NCBI GenBank assembly: GCA_963921275.4
Contig: OZ001293.3
Span: forward strand, 1,184,001 to 1,248,000
Source: an uncultured Hormoscilla sp.
Lineage (GTDB): Bacteria > Cyanobacteriota > Cyanobacteriia > Cyanobacteriales > Desertifilaceae
DNA: 64,000 nucleotides
Reading direction: 5' to 3'
Below, piece by piece: positions 34,201 to 46,087 of this stretch. The position numbers and the translations under genes were made by a program. Each line of letters starts with the position of its first letter. The first letter of the stretch is position 1. The notes under the pieces are model-generated. The model was not told the origin of the DNA and made no database searches. It saw nothing but the letters and a program-made list of their open reading frames with translations.

Positions 34201-34700
34201 ATGGTGTTGCCGTTAAAATCAGTAACGCTCGCTACGTTACCTACAGCGTCATAAGTTGTACTCGATTCCTGTCCCAATGGGAGCTTCGTGCCAATGCGAT
34301 GTCCGAGATCGCTATATTCAAATTGCGTAGTGTTTCCGTTAGCGTCAAGTTGAGCAATCAAGTGGCTGCGCGAATTGTACTCGTATTCTGTGCGTCCGCC
34401 GAGACTGTCGATAGCTGCTGTCAGGCGACCGATGGCATCGTACTCAAAACGGGTCGATCTTCCACCTCGATCGGTTTCTGAAATAATTAATCCTCGATCG
34501 TCGAAGGTCGTGGATGTGGAGGTGCCATCGGCAAATCGGCGTCCAATCACGCGACCTATTGGATCGTATAGGATTTCGGTAGTTCGTCCGAGTGCGTCTG
34601 TTTGAGTAATCTGGCGACCTGCTTTGTCGTAGTTAAAAAGCGTTTCGTTGCCCAGAGCATCTCGAATAACTTTTTGGTTTCCGGCTGCATCATACTGGAA
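31288..34700 (-). pseudogene. RHS/YD-repeat toxin, C-terminal half, 5'-truncated and interrupted by an antisense intron
   Basis: YD repeats; core YLFAGEQRD...YLRARYMDP..GRFLSRD...YLYANANPVMFVDPSG; variable C-terminus; the flanks of the intron rejoin as SY(I/V)YDEVGNRLQR. Confidence 0.88.
32686..33601 (+). mobile_element. ORF-less group II intron, about 916 nt, with a damaged domain V
   Basis: GTGCGATTCGTT start; shares blocks with intron 1 (GAACCAGCGGAATAAGGCTTATACGCTGGCCC, ATGATACCAGGGAACGAAGTAACCTC); ends GCGGTGAAAGTCGCAAGTCCGGTTC...CTCGACCCCGAC. Confidence 0.88.
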
Positions 34701-34972
34701 CCCTCTTCATCAGTCAATTCTTTAATCTTCACCGGAACTTCCGTCAAACCCGCCTCTTGTGCCGCCCGATAGCGTCTTTCGCCCACAACTAATTCATATT
34801 CGCTCTCGTTAAGGGGGCGAACCAAAAGATTTTCTAAAATCCCATTGTGCTTTACTGACTCTGTTAGCTGTGCTAATTTCTCTGGGTCAAAATATCGTCT
34901 TGGCTGTTGTGCGGCTAGTTTAATCGCATTAATCGGTAAGGTAATGGCTCTTTTTCCTCTGCTATCAGTCAT
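34700..34972 (-). pseudogene. ParB N-terminal fragment joined out of frame to the RHS gene
   Basis: QPRRYFD...LTESVKHNGILENLLVRP...GERRYRAA. Confidence 0.85.
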
Positions 34973-35379
34973 AAGCCTATTGATTTCAATTTCCTTAATT
35001 TATACATTTTCCTATTTACATGTCTTTAAATCAATTTCTAGCTAACTGGACTCGGCGTTTTTCTTTGGATAACTGCTTGTCATCAGCGGATTTGGACCCG
35101 ATCTACCGACCATGGGCAATTCTCGGAATCCTACGGGCTGTAAGCCACTCTAAACAATGGTTTCAGCTTTTCAGCTAGGTCGTTTTTCACGAGTTATTCG
35201 CACTCTCCGGTGGCTAATCAGTTTACCCATAACGTTATGGGTAAACTACACCCTCGGTTTCTGTCTGGATTATAACTGAAGATCGGCATTCGTGACAAAT
35301 GATAGGTGTGCATCTCAGTATTTGCCAAAACACAATGGCTTTCCTTGCGGCTTTCCTGACGAGCCCGTCCTGGAGGCAT

Positions 35380-35672
35380 GGGCCACACGGATTGATGGCA
35401 TTAGCTTTGTGGCTACCGAGCGTGCGATCGCGGCGGCCCAAAAGCAAGCACTCCGCCTTGCTACCCAGGACGCCCAGGAACAAGCCGATGCCGTTTTAGC
35501 CGCCTTAAATCTCACCCGCCGGGAAATTATCAGCATCCAAATCAATGGAGCCAGGGCACCCGTATTTGAGCGTAAGGCTCGGGGAAGATCGCAAATGGCT
35601 GACATTGCTACACCCGTAGTGAGAGGTGAGCAGCAAGTGACAGCCTCCGTCACCTTAGTTGTGCGTTACTGA
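35380..35672 (+). pseudogene. SIMPL (DUF541) protein C-terminal fragment
   Basis: IDGISFVA...ALRLATQDAQEQADAVL...GEQQVTASVTL; upstream replaced by unrelated DNA. Confidence 0.7.
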
Positions 35673-35687
35673 GGCCATCTCCAGGGG

Positions 35688-36056
35688 CTAAAACTCTTCG
35701 CTGCTGCCATATTCAGCGGCCATCGCTTCCGTATCCCGCTTAGAACCCAATAAATCCAGCCGGTCTACATTAATAATTGGTGTCGATCGCATCGCTCCTG
35801 TATTGTAGTCTTGCCATTGGTTAAACCTTAAGGAACCTGTAACACCAATCAAGCTGCCCTTGCGGACATAGTTACTAGCTACCTCTGCAATCTTGCCCCA
35901 CAAGTCTAAGTTAAACCAGTCCGGTTGATCTGTTTTACGGCTGTGGCGATTGACTGCTAGGGTTAGCCTACACTTTACCGCTCCTGACTCATAATACTTA
36001 ACTTCAGGATCTCCTCCTACGCGCCCTACCAGATGAACAATATTAAGATTCATCAT
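35688..36056 (-). CDS. ssb: Single-stranded DNA-binding protein
   Basis: LVGRVGGDPE, LAVNR, DWFNLDLWGKIAEVA..YVRKGSLIGVTG. Confidence 0.95.
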   Translation of the reverse strand: MMNLNIVHLVGRVGGDPEVKYYESGAVKCRLTLAVNRHSRKTDQPDWFNLDLWGKIAEVASNYVRKGSLIGVTGSLRFNQWQDYNTGAMRSTPIINVDRLDLLGSKRDTEAMAAEYGSSEEF

Positions 36057-36659
36057 ATTTTCTGTACCTCTGCATCTTTGGTAACTTTTTAGTCAAAGCG
36101 GCAACTTTTGGCGAGCGACACTAGCACTTTCCTGTCGGCTCTGCTGTCAGAGTTGCGCCGCACAGCTATATAATACGCTATACTCCCACTTCCACTCCAC
36201 AACTCGAGCAGTCGAATTGTTTGGCTCTGCCTGTACCGGAAAACTGATGAGAGATGCCTAGACTATAAATCGTGGACTGTACAAAATTTCATCAAAATTC
36301 CCAGTTTGACCGATCTGGTATAAAAATGGGTACGTCTTGTCCTCTCTTCTCTGGCCAGAGGTGGCGAGCGAGCGCAATTTTAGTCAGCGAGATAATATAT
36401 TATACCTCTTGCAAAAGTTGATTTTGACTACGCAATAGCAATACTTTCAGCACCCATTTTGGCATTTATGCAAGAGATACATTATAGCACTACCAATCTG
36501 GGTTTGTGGCAATGAGTGCCCAGATCGGATAGGAGTGATGTGACCAATTCTCGATTGGTGGCTGACTAGACTCGGTCGAAAAAAAATCATAAAATCGGGC
36601 TCGGTTAGATTACAGATCAGTAGCAAAGGATAAAATAGCATTTAGGGGCGTAGAAACTG

Positions 36660-37694
36660 GTGGGTATTTTCAGTCGTTTTTCACAGGACATGGGTATCGA
36701 CCTCGGTACCGCTAACACATTGGTTTATGTATCCGGTAAAGGCATTGTGCTGCAAGAGCCGTCTGTGGTAGCCCTAGACCGGGAGACGAAAGCGGCCTTG
36801 GCTGTAGGGGAAGACGCCAAAAAAATGTTGGGACGTACTCCAGGAAATGTGGAAACTTTCCGGCCACTGCGGGATGGCGTGATTGCTGACTTCGACACCG
36901 CAGAACTGATGATCAAGCATTTTATCGAGCGAGTGCATGAAGGCAGAACCGGCTTAATCGCACCCCGAATTGTGATTGGCATTCCCAGCGGCGTCACCGG
37001 GGTAGAAAGGCGGGCTGTCATGGAAGCAGCTGCTCAGGCAGGGGCGAGAGATGTATATCTGATTGAAGAACCGGTAGCAGCGGCCATCGGGGCTGGGCTA
37101 CCGGTAGCCGAACCCACTGGTAATATGATTATTGATATTGGCGGTGGCACGACGGAAGTAGCAGTTCTGAGTTTGCAAGGGACGGTAATCAGCGAGTCAG
37201 TGCGGATTGCTGGGGATGAGTTAACTGATTCTATCATCATGTACATGAAAAAAATCTATAACCTGACGGTGGGAGAGCGAACTGCTGAAGAAATCAAGAT
37301 TCAGATTGGTTCGGCTTACCCAACGATGAATATTGATGAGGGGTCAATGGAGGTGCGGGGTCTACACTTGCTCTCTGGTTTGCCGAGAACTGTGAGCATC
37401 AAAGCCCCAGAAATCCGCGAAAGCATGTTGGAACCCTTGTCGATGATTATCGAAGCTGTAAAGCGGACTCTAGAACGGACGCCGCCGGAACTGGCAGCAG
37501 ATATTATTGACCGTGGCATTATGTTGGCTGGAGGCGGTGCCTTATTGAAGGGGCTAGATACCCTGATCGCTCACGAAACGGGAATTGTCACCCATGTGGC
37601 AGCCGACCCCCTCAGCTGTGTGGTTTTGGGGACAGGTCGGGTGTTGGAAAACTTTAAGCAACTCAAACGGGTGGTTAGCCCCCGTCGTAGGTAG
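36660..37694 (+). CDS. mreB: Rod shape-determining protein MreB
   Basis: DLGTANT, DIGGGTTEVAV, LAGGGALL. Confidence 0.97.
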   Translation: MGIFSRFSQDMGIDLGTANTLVYVSGKGIVLQEPSVVALDRETKAALAVGEDAKKMLGRTPGNVETFRPLRDGVIADFDTAELMIKHFIERVHEGRTGLIAPRIVIGIPSGVTGVERRAVMEAAAQAGARDVYLIEEPVAAAIGAGLPVAEPTGNMIIDIGGGTTEVAVLSLQGTVISESVRIAGDELTDSIIMYMKKIYNLTVGERTAEEIKIQIGSAYPTMNIDEGSMEVRGLHLLSGLPRTVSIKAPEIRESMLEPLSMIIEAVKRTLERTPPELAADIIDRGIMLAGGGALLKGLDTLIAHETGIVTHVAADPLSCVVLGTGRVLENFKQLKRVVSPRRR

Positions 37695-37899
37695 TGGTCA
37701 TTCCGGTAGTGATTTGACTACGGTCCTGTGTCCCCCCTCGTTCCCACGGCTCTGCCTGGGAACGTGCGAATAGCGCAGGCGCTGCGCGCACCGACAGGCT
37801 ACCGCGAGATCCCGGGGGACACAGCCCGCCCTGGGTTTCAGGCGCTAAAATCACTACTTGTGACCCACTACCCCGTCGTACTCTATAGAAAGAAGTTGA

Positions 37900-38679
37900 A
37901 TGTATACAGTGAGTCGCTGGTGGGACCGGAATTGGTTGATTATTGTCCTGATAAGTATGGCCCTGGGTTCGGCTTTGTATCTGCGCCAGACTCAGGGGAG
38001 ATTAATTTTGGAAATGTACCAGTTGGTCGTTGGTCCTTTACCATCTCCGCCAACTCTCGAAGAAAGGTTGATAAATGCCAAAATTCTGGAGTTGCAAGCT
38101 TCGTTGGAGGAACTAGATAGCCAAAATCAAGAGTTAAGAGCGCTCTTGGACTATCAAAATCCCACCGGCAAGCGGCAAATTATAGCTCCGATCGTCGGAC
38201 GGAGTGCAGACCATTGGTGGAAACAGATTATCCTGGGTCGAGGGAGTAATGATGGAATCAAAAAGGGCTTTGTGGTTACTGGTACTGGTGGATTGGTGGG
38301 TCGGGTAATCGATGTGACGTCCCATACTAGCCGCATCCTGTTGATCAGCGATCCTACCAGTAGGGTGGGTGTCAATATCAAAGTCGGAAGTCGCCGCTAT
38401 ATGGGTTTTATCCGCGGACTTGGCAATGATAAAGCTGTGATGGAATTCTTTGATAAGATGCCTAATATTCGTCCTGGTTATAAGGCTTATACTTCGGTTG
38501 TTTCTCAGCTGTTTCCACCGGGTCTGCTGGTGGGAGTCGTGGAGTCGGTGGATCTGAACAAAAGTCCAGCACCGGAGGCGGTACTCCGGCTTTCTGCGCC
38601 TATTAGTCATTTACAATGGGCGATCGTATTGGAAAGTCAGCCGCGACTTGACCTATATCTTGGATATCCAGACCTTTGA
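37900..38679 (+). CDS. mreC: Rod shape-determining protein MreC
   Basis: TM segment, coiled coil, GLVGRV, FPPGLLVG; follows mreB. Confidence 0.93.
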   Translation: MYTVSRWWDRNWLIIVLISMALGSALYLRQTQGRLILEMYQLVVGPLPSPPTLEERLINAKILELQASLEELDSQNQELRALLDYQNPTGKRQIIAPIVGRSADHWWKQIILGRGSNDGIKKGFVVTGTGGLVGRVIDVTSHTSRILLISDPTSRVGVNIKVGSRRYMGFIRGLGNDKAVMEFFDKMPNIRPGYKAYTSVVSQLFPPGLLVGVVESVDLNKSPAPEAVLRLSAPISHLQWAIVLESQPRLDLYLGYPDL

Positions 38680-39263
38680 AGAAGTTGTCGTTTCTTTTCC
38701 ATCCCCGAGTCCGTCCCTTTGCCAACGTGATGGTAACGGTTGGCTCTGTTATTGTTTGTTTAATGCTATCCCTAACTCGCCTGCCTGGTATGGAATTATT
38801 GGGCATTGGCCCCAATTGGCTGCTGATTTGGGTGGTGGCTTGGAGTGTTAAGCGTACAGCTTGGCAGGGCGCGATCGCGGCTATTGTTTTGGGTTTGATT
38901 CAAGATGGCTTGACTGCACCTAACCCTTTGATTCATAATGGGTTGACTTCTGTGCATCCCTCTCACTCCCTCAGTCTTGTCTTAGTGGGAATTTTCACGG
39001 CTCGTCTTCAGAAACAGCGCTATCTGAGAGAAGATTTTATTTCTGTAGCTCTGATTGTTTTTGCCATGGTCCTGCTGGCGGAAACGGAGATCGCGCTGCA
39101 GTTCCTTTTCCTGGGCGATCAGGACGTCTCTGTTATTTGGACGGAACACCAACGCATTGCTCTTTGTTCTGCTATCCTCAGTAGTCTCTGGGCTCCCGTT
39201 GTTTATTTTCCTCTCAATAATTGGTGGCAGCATATCCAGCATTTAAACAAATCTCAAACGTGA
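38676..39263 (+). CDS. mreD: Rod shape-determining protein MreD
   Basis: Hydrophobic, PNWLLIWVVAWS, GLIQDGLT; overlaps the mreC stop. Confidence 0.92.
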   Translation: MKKLSFLFHPRVRPFANVMVTVGSVIVCLMLSLTRLPGMELLGIGPNWLLIWVVAWSVKRTAWQGAIAAIVLGLIQDGLTAPNPLIHNGLTSVHPSHSLSLVLVGIFTARLQKQRYLREDFISVALIVFAMVLLAETEIALQFLFLGDQDVSVIWTEHQRIALCSAILSSLWAPVVYFPLNNWWQHIQHLNKSQT

Positions 39264-39267
39264 ATTG

Positions 39268-39729
39268 TTAATTGCTAGTTGCTTCCCGTTCTAATATTAG
39301 GGTTACGGGACCGTCGTTTTCGATCAAGACTTGCATCATTGCACCAAATTCTCCCGTTTCTACTTTTAATCCACTCTGCCGCAATAAGTCAACAAATTGT
39401 TCGTAAAGGATTTTTGCTGCTGCTGGGGCCGCTGATTTATCAAAGGAAGGACGCCGTCCTTTCCGACAGTCTCCGTAGAGGGTGAACTGACTAATTACCA
39501 GCAGTTCACCCTCTATTTCTTGGACTGATTTATGCCAACGATTATCGGGTCTTTCTGAGTCCGGAAATATCCTTAACTCTAGGCATTTTCGCGCCATCCA
39601 GTCTAGTTCTGCTTCTGTATCCGTGCTAGCAATTCCTACTAGCAGGTTTAACCCGCGCCCAATTTTGCCGATGATTTTACCATCGACTTCTACTTGGGAA
39701 GATTTGACTCGCTGGAGCACTACTCGCAT
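39268..39729 (-). CDS. dtd: D-aminoacyl-tRNA deacylase
   Basis: [31 protein letters not shown]. Confidence 0.97.
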   Translation of the reverse strand: MRVVLQRVKSSQVEVDGKIIGKIGRGLNLLVGIASTDTEAELDWMARKCLELRIFPDSERPDNRWHKSVQEIEGELLVISQFTLYGDCRKGRRPSFDKSAAPAAAKILYEQFVDLLRQSGLKVETGEFGAMMQVLIENDGPVTLILEREATSN

Positions 39730-39784
39730 ATGTATTAGAGATAGTACGTTTCGCCCCGGGCAGACGAAACGCCCGCCCTACGTT

Positions 39785-40862
39785 TTAACGATTGGTGGAA
39801 GGCAGACAGAGACATTTTTCCAGTTGTGAGAGCAACTTTTCATGCTCTAAATCTTGACCAATTAATACTAGCTGGTTTTTGGGCTTACCCTTCCATTCCT
39901 CATCGTCGATGGAAAAGCGTTTGCCGCTGAGGTGGAAAATGTGACGCTTGGGACTTTCCTCAAACCAGAGAATTCCTTTCGCCCGGAAGATGTTAGACGG
40001 CAGTTGGTAGTCTAAGAAATCCTGAAATTTCTTAATCAAAAACGGGCGATCGCTCTGGAATGAGACTGAGGTAAACCCATCCTTCTCTAGGTGGTGCGAG
40101 TGATGGTCGTGGTCATGATGGTCATGATGGTGATGGTCGTGGTCATGGTCGTGGTCGTGATGATCATGGTCGTGGTCGTGACTGTGCTCTGATTCAGAGT
40201 GGAAATACTTATCTGACTCAAAGAGACCGACACTGAGAATTAAGGGCAGTTGTACTTTCGCCTGCTGGGTGCGCAGAATTCTCGCGTCGTTCTTGATATC
40301 GCGAATCCTCACTTCTAACCTATCTACATCTGCTTCGTCCACCAAGTCAGTCTTATTGAGCAAGATAATATCACCGTAGACAATTTGACTGTAGGCCGCT
40401 TCGCTGTCGAACAAATCTAGGCTGAAGTTCTCTGAGTCTACCACCGTGACGATCGAATCCAAACGGGTCATGTCTCGCAGTTCTGTTCCCAGGAAGGTGA
40501 GTGCTACTGGTAAGGGGTCTGCTAATCCCGTTGTCTCGACTACCAGGTAGTCTATCGCCTCTTGGCGTTCCAGAACTTTGTAGACTGCATCTATGAAGTC
40601 ATCGTTGATGGTGCAGCAAATACAGCCATTACTCAGCTCCACCATGTCATCATCTGTGGTAACGATCAGCTCATTGTCGATACCGAGTTCACCAAACTCA
40701 TTCACCAGCACCGCTGTCTTTAGTCCCTGCTGATTGCTGAGGATGTGGTTGAGCAGTGTTGTCTTGCCGCTACCGAGAAAACCCGTAATGATTGTAACTG
40801 GCAAGCCGTGTTTCGGGGCTGACATAGTCTGGGTAGGTTCTGAAATAACTGCTGATGTCATA
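39785..40862 (-). CDS. COG0523/CobW-family metallochaperone GTPase
   Basis: GFLGSGKTT, NEFG, GCICC, ETTG, His/Asp-rich tract, RAKG. Confidence 0.92.
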
Positions 40863-41195
40863 GGAGGACTGTCAAAAACGTCATAAAATGGCCATTTACG
40901 GTTGCAGGGTCTCAATACCTGCTAATTTACCTATTATTACTCGGATCTGAGATATTGCACTATTAGATCTGCAGACAATGTTATTCGATCGCCCATCAAT
41001 CCCGTTTGGCGGTGCATCCAGGATCGTTCTAGGAGAGCAAGTAAAGGATGGGTAGGTCTTGTCAGCTGGGGACTCGGACTTATTCACAGCCGGTTATCGG
41101 ACCCCAGAAGCGCTGACTCTAGCGCTGGTGGCGATCGGGAAGCTGATTTGACTTATGACAAGATCGTAGGATATAACAACTGACTGTGCGATCTA

Positions 41196-43094
41196 ATGAA
41201 TAGCTCTCAAGCGGATGCACCACAAGGGAAAATTTTGCTCGTTGATGATACGCTCGATAACTTGCACCTTTTATCGGCGGTGCTGACCGAGCAAGGCTAT
41301 ATAGTTGATAGCGCCATGACCGGTTCTATGGCGTTGATGACGGCGAGGGCTACTGCGCCCAGTCTAATTTTGCTCGACATCAAAATGCCAGATATGAATG
41401 GCTATCAGGTCTGTCAAGCACTGAAGGCCGATCCGCAAACTCGCGATATCCCAGTAATTTTTCTGAGTGCTCTTGATGATGCGATCGATAAGGTAAAGGC
41501 TTTTGCTGTCGGTGGAGCCGATTATATCATTAAGCCATTTCAGTTTGAAGAGGTTTTGGCTCGCGTCCAGCATCAACTGACTATTCGCTACCTGCAAAAG
41601 CGACTGTTGGAACAAAATCTGCTCCTCCAGCAGGAAGTTCGCGATCGCATTGCTGCTGAGGCGGAGGTGCGCCAGTTTAACGCCCAACTGGAAGTTCTAG
41701 TCGGACAGCGCACTGCTCAGTTGGAAGCGACTAATCAAGAATTGAAAAAGGAAATCATCGAGCGCAAGCGGGCCCAACAGGAATTGCTGCGCTTGGCCAA
41801 GCATGACGATCTTACTGGTCTTCCTAATCGTAAGTTGTTCATGGAGCGACTGTCCGAAGCTCTGGGCCGCACTAAAGAGCAGCCGGATTATTTGTTTGCC
41901 GTGCTGTTTCTAGACTGTGATCGCTTTAAGGTCATCAATGATTCTCTCGGTCATATGGTGGGAGACGAGGTGCTAATTGAAGTTGCTCGTCGATTGGAAT
42001 CATGCGTGCGCTTGGTGGATACTCTAGCTCGTTTGGGAGGAGATGAGTTTGCGATTATTTTAGAGGAAATCCCAAATATCAGTGATGCTATGGATATGGC
42101 GGAGCAGATTCAGCAGGAATTAAGCTTTCCTGTTATAGTCGATCGAAGGGAGATCTTCATTAATGCCAGTATTGGTATTGTGCTGGGAAATCTGGGCTAC
42201 GATCTACCCGAACATCTGCTGCGGGATGCGGATACGGCCATGTTTCGTGCTAAAGCCCTGGGTAAAGCCAGCTATCACGTGTTCGATGCCAATCTGCACG
42301 CCCATGTTTTAGCTCGCTTGCAGTTGGAAACTGACCTGCGACGGGCTATTGAACGGGAAGATTTCGTGCTTTACTATCAACCGATTATCTCCTTGATTAC
42401 TGGGGAGATTACTGGCTTTGAGGCTCTCGTTCGCTGGCATCATCCCGATCTGGGTTTGGTCTCTCCTCTGAAGTTTATCCCAGCTGCTGAAGAAACGGGG
42501 TTGATTGTGCCGATCGGCACCTGGGTATTGCAGGAAGCTTGTCGCCAGCTGCGCCTGTGGTTGCGAGCGGGTTTTCTGCAATTTCCGTTAAAGATGATTG
42601 TTAATCTTTCGGTGAAGCAGTTTTCCCAACCTAATCTGATTTCCCAGATTGACCATATTCTCTCTCTGACTGAACTGGATGGTTCTAGCTTAAATCTGGA
42701 GATTACGGAAAGCGCGATTATGGACAATGCTAAATCGGCTACATCTCTACTCAAAGAGATCCGTTCTCGTCGCATTCAACTGAGTATTGATGATTTCGGC
42801 ACTGGTTATTCCTCTTTGAGCTATCTGCACCGCTTTCCTATTAATACTTTGAAGATCGACCGCTCTTTTGTCAATCGCATTGGTGTCAATGGTGAAAATA
42901 TCGGAATTGTTCAGGCGAGCGTCACTCTGGCTGATAATCTGGGTATGGATGTGGTGGCGGAGGGCGTGGAAACAGCCCATCAATTAGCACAACTGAGGGC
43001 TTTGGGATGTGAGTCAGGTCAGAGATACTTTTTCTCTCAGCCTTTGGATAGTGAATCTGCAAGTGAAATTATCGCGGCACACCCTCATTGGTAA
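41196..43094 (+). CDS. Response regulator with GGDEF and EAL domains
   Basis: REC (LLVDD, LLDIKMP), [22 protein letters not shown]. Confidence 0.93.
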   Translation: MNSSQADAPQGKILLVDDTLDNLHLLSAVLTEQGYIVDSAMTGSMALMTARATAPSLILLDIKMPDMNGYQVCQALKADPQTRDIPVIFLSALDDAIDKVKAFAVGGADYIIKPFQFEEVLARVQHQLTIRYLQKRLLEQNLLLQQEVRDRIAAEAEVRQFNAQLEVLVGQRTAQLEATNQELKKEIIERKRAQQELLRLAKHDDLTGLPNRKLFMERLSEALGRTKEQPDYLFAVLFLDCDRFKVINDSLGHMVGDEVLIEVARRLESCVRLVDTLARLGGDEFAIILEEIPNISDAMDMAEQIQQELSFPVIVDRREIFINASIGIVLGNLGYDLPEHLLRDADTAMFRAKALGKASYHVFDANLHAHVLARLQLETDLRRAIEREDFVLYYQPIISLITGEITGFEALVRWHHPDLGLVSPLKFIPAAEETGLIVPIGTWVLQEACRQLRLWLRAGFLQFPLKMIVNLSVKQFSQPNLISQIDHILSLTELDGSSLNLEITESAIMDNAKSATSLLKEIRSRRIQLSIDDFGTGYSSLSYLHRFPINTLKIDRSFVNRIGVNGENIGIVQASVTLADNLGMDVVAEGVETAHQLAQLRALGCESGQRYFFSQPLDSESASEIIAAHPHW

Positions 43095-43181
43095 TCTGGT
43101 TTGAGAATTGTCAATTCTCAATTGTGACTCGACAATCTAATAATTCATCCGTACCTCCTTTTTCCATTCACAATTTTCCAT

Positions 43182-43872
43182 TCACAATTTTCCATATTTC
43201 TGCTTGATTCGCTGTACCTGTTCTTGGAACTGGGCTCCTTTTTCGGGATTTACCATGGCCACAAAGTTCGCAAAACCATGAATGGCCGCGATCGCATTTC
43301 CCCCTTTTCCCCAATGTTTGCCTTCCGGACCGTCTTTCTCAATCTGATATAAGGTGGCTCGGAATTTTTTGAGGGTCTTTTTGGCGATGGTGGGGCGATC
43401 GTTTACGACAATACCTGTGACTTCTAGTTGACTGGATTTTCCACGCATTATCCGGGTCTTCTTTTGATTGATGGTAAACCCTTCGTGGGTAACGATCGCT
43501 TCTGTGCGCCTGAGCATGTTGCAGATCCCTTGCAGGCGATCGCCTGATGCAGAAAATGTCAGGTCGTCTGCGTAGCGGGTGTAGGTAAAGCCCAATTCTT
43601 CCGCCATCTGAGTCAGTCGTCTGTCTAGGCGACGACATAATATGTTAGTAATGGCGGGAATCGCTGGGGATCCTTGGGGGAGGTGCCGTTCTGTGAGGGC
43701 TACGTAGTATGTTTTTCCGTCTATTTCGACTTCTTCTACTTCGGGTTCGGTACAGAGTAAGCCGAAAATTGTCGCTGCTGCTTCTGAATAGCCGAAGGAC
43801 CGGAAAAGCCCTTTTACTCTTTTATAGGCGATGGAGGGGAAGAAGTCTTTCAGGTCTAAATTGATGATTACC
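43182..43872 (-). pseudogene. Retron-type reverse transcriptase, 5'-truncated
   Basis: Frame is open upstream of the track ORF: IINLDLKDFFPSI...HLPQGSP...YTRYADDLTFS...KKTR...LEVTGIVVN; the N-terminus is replaced by the glycosyltransferase flank. Confidence 0.88.
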
Positions 43873-43950
43873 TCTCCTGCTTTTTCACTGGGGGATATTT
43901 TATATCAAGGTCGATTTTTCTATCCCCCCATTCGATTTTTCGCGCAGCGA

Positions 43951-46080
43951 TCATACTACATCTGCAATTGCCTTTAGCAGGCGATCGACCTGTTTTTTCC
44001 AGGTCAAGTCTTGCATGAATGCTACTGCTGCTTGACCCCGTTTTTTTGCTGCTTCCCGATCATTATATACTTTTTCCAGATTTTCCACCACTTCTTCAAC
44101 GTCAGACTCTCCCCAACCTTCTACTCCCGGGAATATAGCTGTGGGTTGCACTGCATCCTGCTTTCTGAGAGGATAACAATGGGAGTCGCCTATCATATCT
44201 ATATGACCGGTGTTTGCCGAGATGATTGTCGGTATGCCACAGGCCAGACATTCCATTGCTGCCAGATTTGTTCCTCCTTCACACCTGTTGGTAAATACGG
44301 CCACATCTGCTTCCCGGATCATCTGCCCTACCAGATGATTGGGAATGGGTCCCATATCTATTACCGCCTCACCGGGAATGCCATTTACTACTAACCATTC
44401 GGTAATTCGCAAGCGCTTATCCTGGGTTACCGGGGGCAATCCTACCACATTTCCCGTCTGTTCTAGTCCGGCCATAAATTGGGGCCAAAAGTTGTGCCAC
44501 TCTGTGAGTAGCAATGCCTCGGGATGCCTCTGTTGGAACGCCTTGAAGGCCGCGATCGCGATATCCTGACCTTTGCGATATTCTAGCTTGCCCCCCGAGA
44601 ATACCACAAATCGATCGGCAAATAGGTTTGATTTGGGGGCGGGATAAAATATGGTCGGGTCTATGCCTTGGAATATCGCTGCTACATGGTTGAGTCCATA
44701 GCTTTTCAGCACTTCCGCGTTCCAGGTCGAACCTGCTACTATCATATCGTAGCTTTTCGCCCTGGCGATCGCATCTGGGGTTAACTGGGTATTCTCAAAT
44801 AATATCATCCCCACCGTGGGTTTCCCTACCAGATTCATTTTCCCCGCCCCGAATTTATTTCCCAGGGACTGCAATACTGGGACATCGAAACAAATTTGCT
44901 TGCCTGGGTTTTGGTCAATCAATGCCTGAATCTGCTGCTGCTTGGCCATTATAGGACGCAATAGCACGTGATGCAGGGTATTTACCAAGTTAGACATTTC
45001 TGGGGTACTTAACAATAGTAGCTCAAATTCTGGTTTTTGTTGTAATTGCAGGGCTAAGTTCAAACCATACACCCCCCAACCGGTGGGAATCCCCACCGGC
45101 AAGTCAATTGCTAGTCCTTTGATTTCATCTGTCCCTCTTATCGGCGGGTGCAGAAATAATACTTCTCGATCTTGCACCGTGAATCTCGTTTTATCTGCCT
45201 TGGGAAAATAAAGTTTTCTTTCCCCGACTGGCCCTCGATTATATTTATTGATTAAATAGGCCATCCTTGTATCTTCTATTTGAGCTTGAGCCGCTAAAAC
45301 ATGCCTTCCTGGCTTAAATTCACCATTCAATATTCTGTCTAAATAGCTTCCCGGATATCTTATGTATTCCGCTGTCTCTATGTCAATTCTCTGTCTCTTA
45401 AAGAATTTCAATAACCACTTCTGATATGCCCAATCTTCACCACCTTCTTCCCTATATACTAAATCCTCCGGAAATCCCTCAATGAATTCATGGCATTCCC
45501 TTCTTAGGCATAGGTTGATTGTTAACGCATTCTCAAGCGCCAGTTTCCATCTCTGAACCTCAGGGTTTTTCATGTTGACTCGAGGATCATTAATTCTTGT
45601 TTTCGTCTTGATCAAATCTAGTCTCCCATCTAGTCTGGTTTTTGACAATTGAATTGTTCGATCTCCTAGGGCGAACATTCCGTAGTGATTTGACGAATAT
45701 GGGTCATAATTTAAACCCATAAAGCACACATAGATATGTTCTGGCAAATAGAGATCGTCGTCATCACAGAAACAGAAAAATAATATTTCTCCCTGAGAAT
45801 TTTTCACTCCTGTATTTCTGGTCGCTGATAGACCTCTATTTTGGGAATGATTTATTATCTTAAATGGATATTTTTTCCCGACAAACTGACTCAGGATATC
45901 TAACGTATTATCCGTCGAACAGTCATTCACGGCAATGATTTCTGATTTTACTTCCTCTGGGCGATCCCAGTTAGCATAAAAGAAATCTATGCTCTCTATT
46001 ATACTCTCGATCGTCCTGTTGATTACGCCTCTTCTTTCGCAATTATATGTCGGTATTATCACTGAAAATGAACTTACCAT
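43951..46080 (-). CDS. Fused GT2 + GT4 glycosyltransferase
   Basis: SVIIPTYN, VNDCSTD, DDDD; C-terminal GGKLEYRKGQD and EGGTNLAAMECLACG. Confidence 0.88.
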   Translation of the reverse strand: MVSSFSVIIPTYNCERRGVINRTIESIIESIDFFYANWDRPEEVKSEIIAVNDCSTDNTLDILSQFVGKKYPFKIINHSQNRGLSATRNTGVKNSQGEILFFCFCDDDDLYLPEHIYVCFMGLNYDPYSSNHYGMFALGDRTIQLSKTRLDGRLDLIKTKTRINDPRVNMKNPEVQRWKLALENALTINLCLRRECHEFIEGFPEDLVYREEGGEDWAYQKWLLKFFKRQRIDIETAEYIRYPGSYLDRILNGEFKPGRHVLAAQAQIEDTRMAYLINKYNRGPVGERKLYFPKADKTRFTVQDREVLFLHPPIRGTDEIKGLAIDLPVGIPTGWGVYGLNLALQLQQKPEFELLLLSTPEMSNLVNTLHHVLLRPIMAKQQQIQALIDQNPGKQICFDVPVLQSLGNKFGAGKMNLVGKPTVGMILFENTQLTPDAIARAKSYDMIVAGSTWNAEVLKSYGLNHVAAIFQGIDPTIFYPAPKSNLFADRFVVFSGGKLEYRKGQDIAIAAFKAFQQRHPEALLLTEWHNFWPQFMAGLEQTGNVVGLPPVTQDKRLRITEWLVVNGIPGEAVIDMGPIPNHLVGQMIREADVAVFTNRCEGGTNLAAMECLACGIPTIISANTGHIDMIGDSHCYPLRKQDAVQPTAIFPGVEGWGESDVEEVVENLEKVYNDREAAKKRGQAAVAFMQDLTWKKQVDRLLKAIADVV

Positions 46081-46087
46081 TGTTTTT

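Noticed and set aside
40090..40185. Low-complexity repeat as a separate element
   Set aside because: It encodes the His/Asp tract usual in COG0523 proteins.
43182..43872. RT as the maturase of the two ORF-less introns
   Set aside because: It has the retron VTG signature, no maturase X domain that I can see, no flanking intron domains, and is truncated.
43875..43950. Retron msr-msd upstream of the RT
   Set aside because: This stretch is a copy of the glycosyltransferase flank at 46094-46168; no a1/a2 inverted repeats seen.
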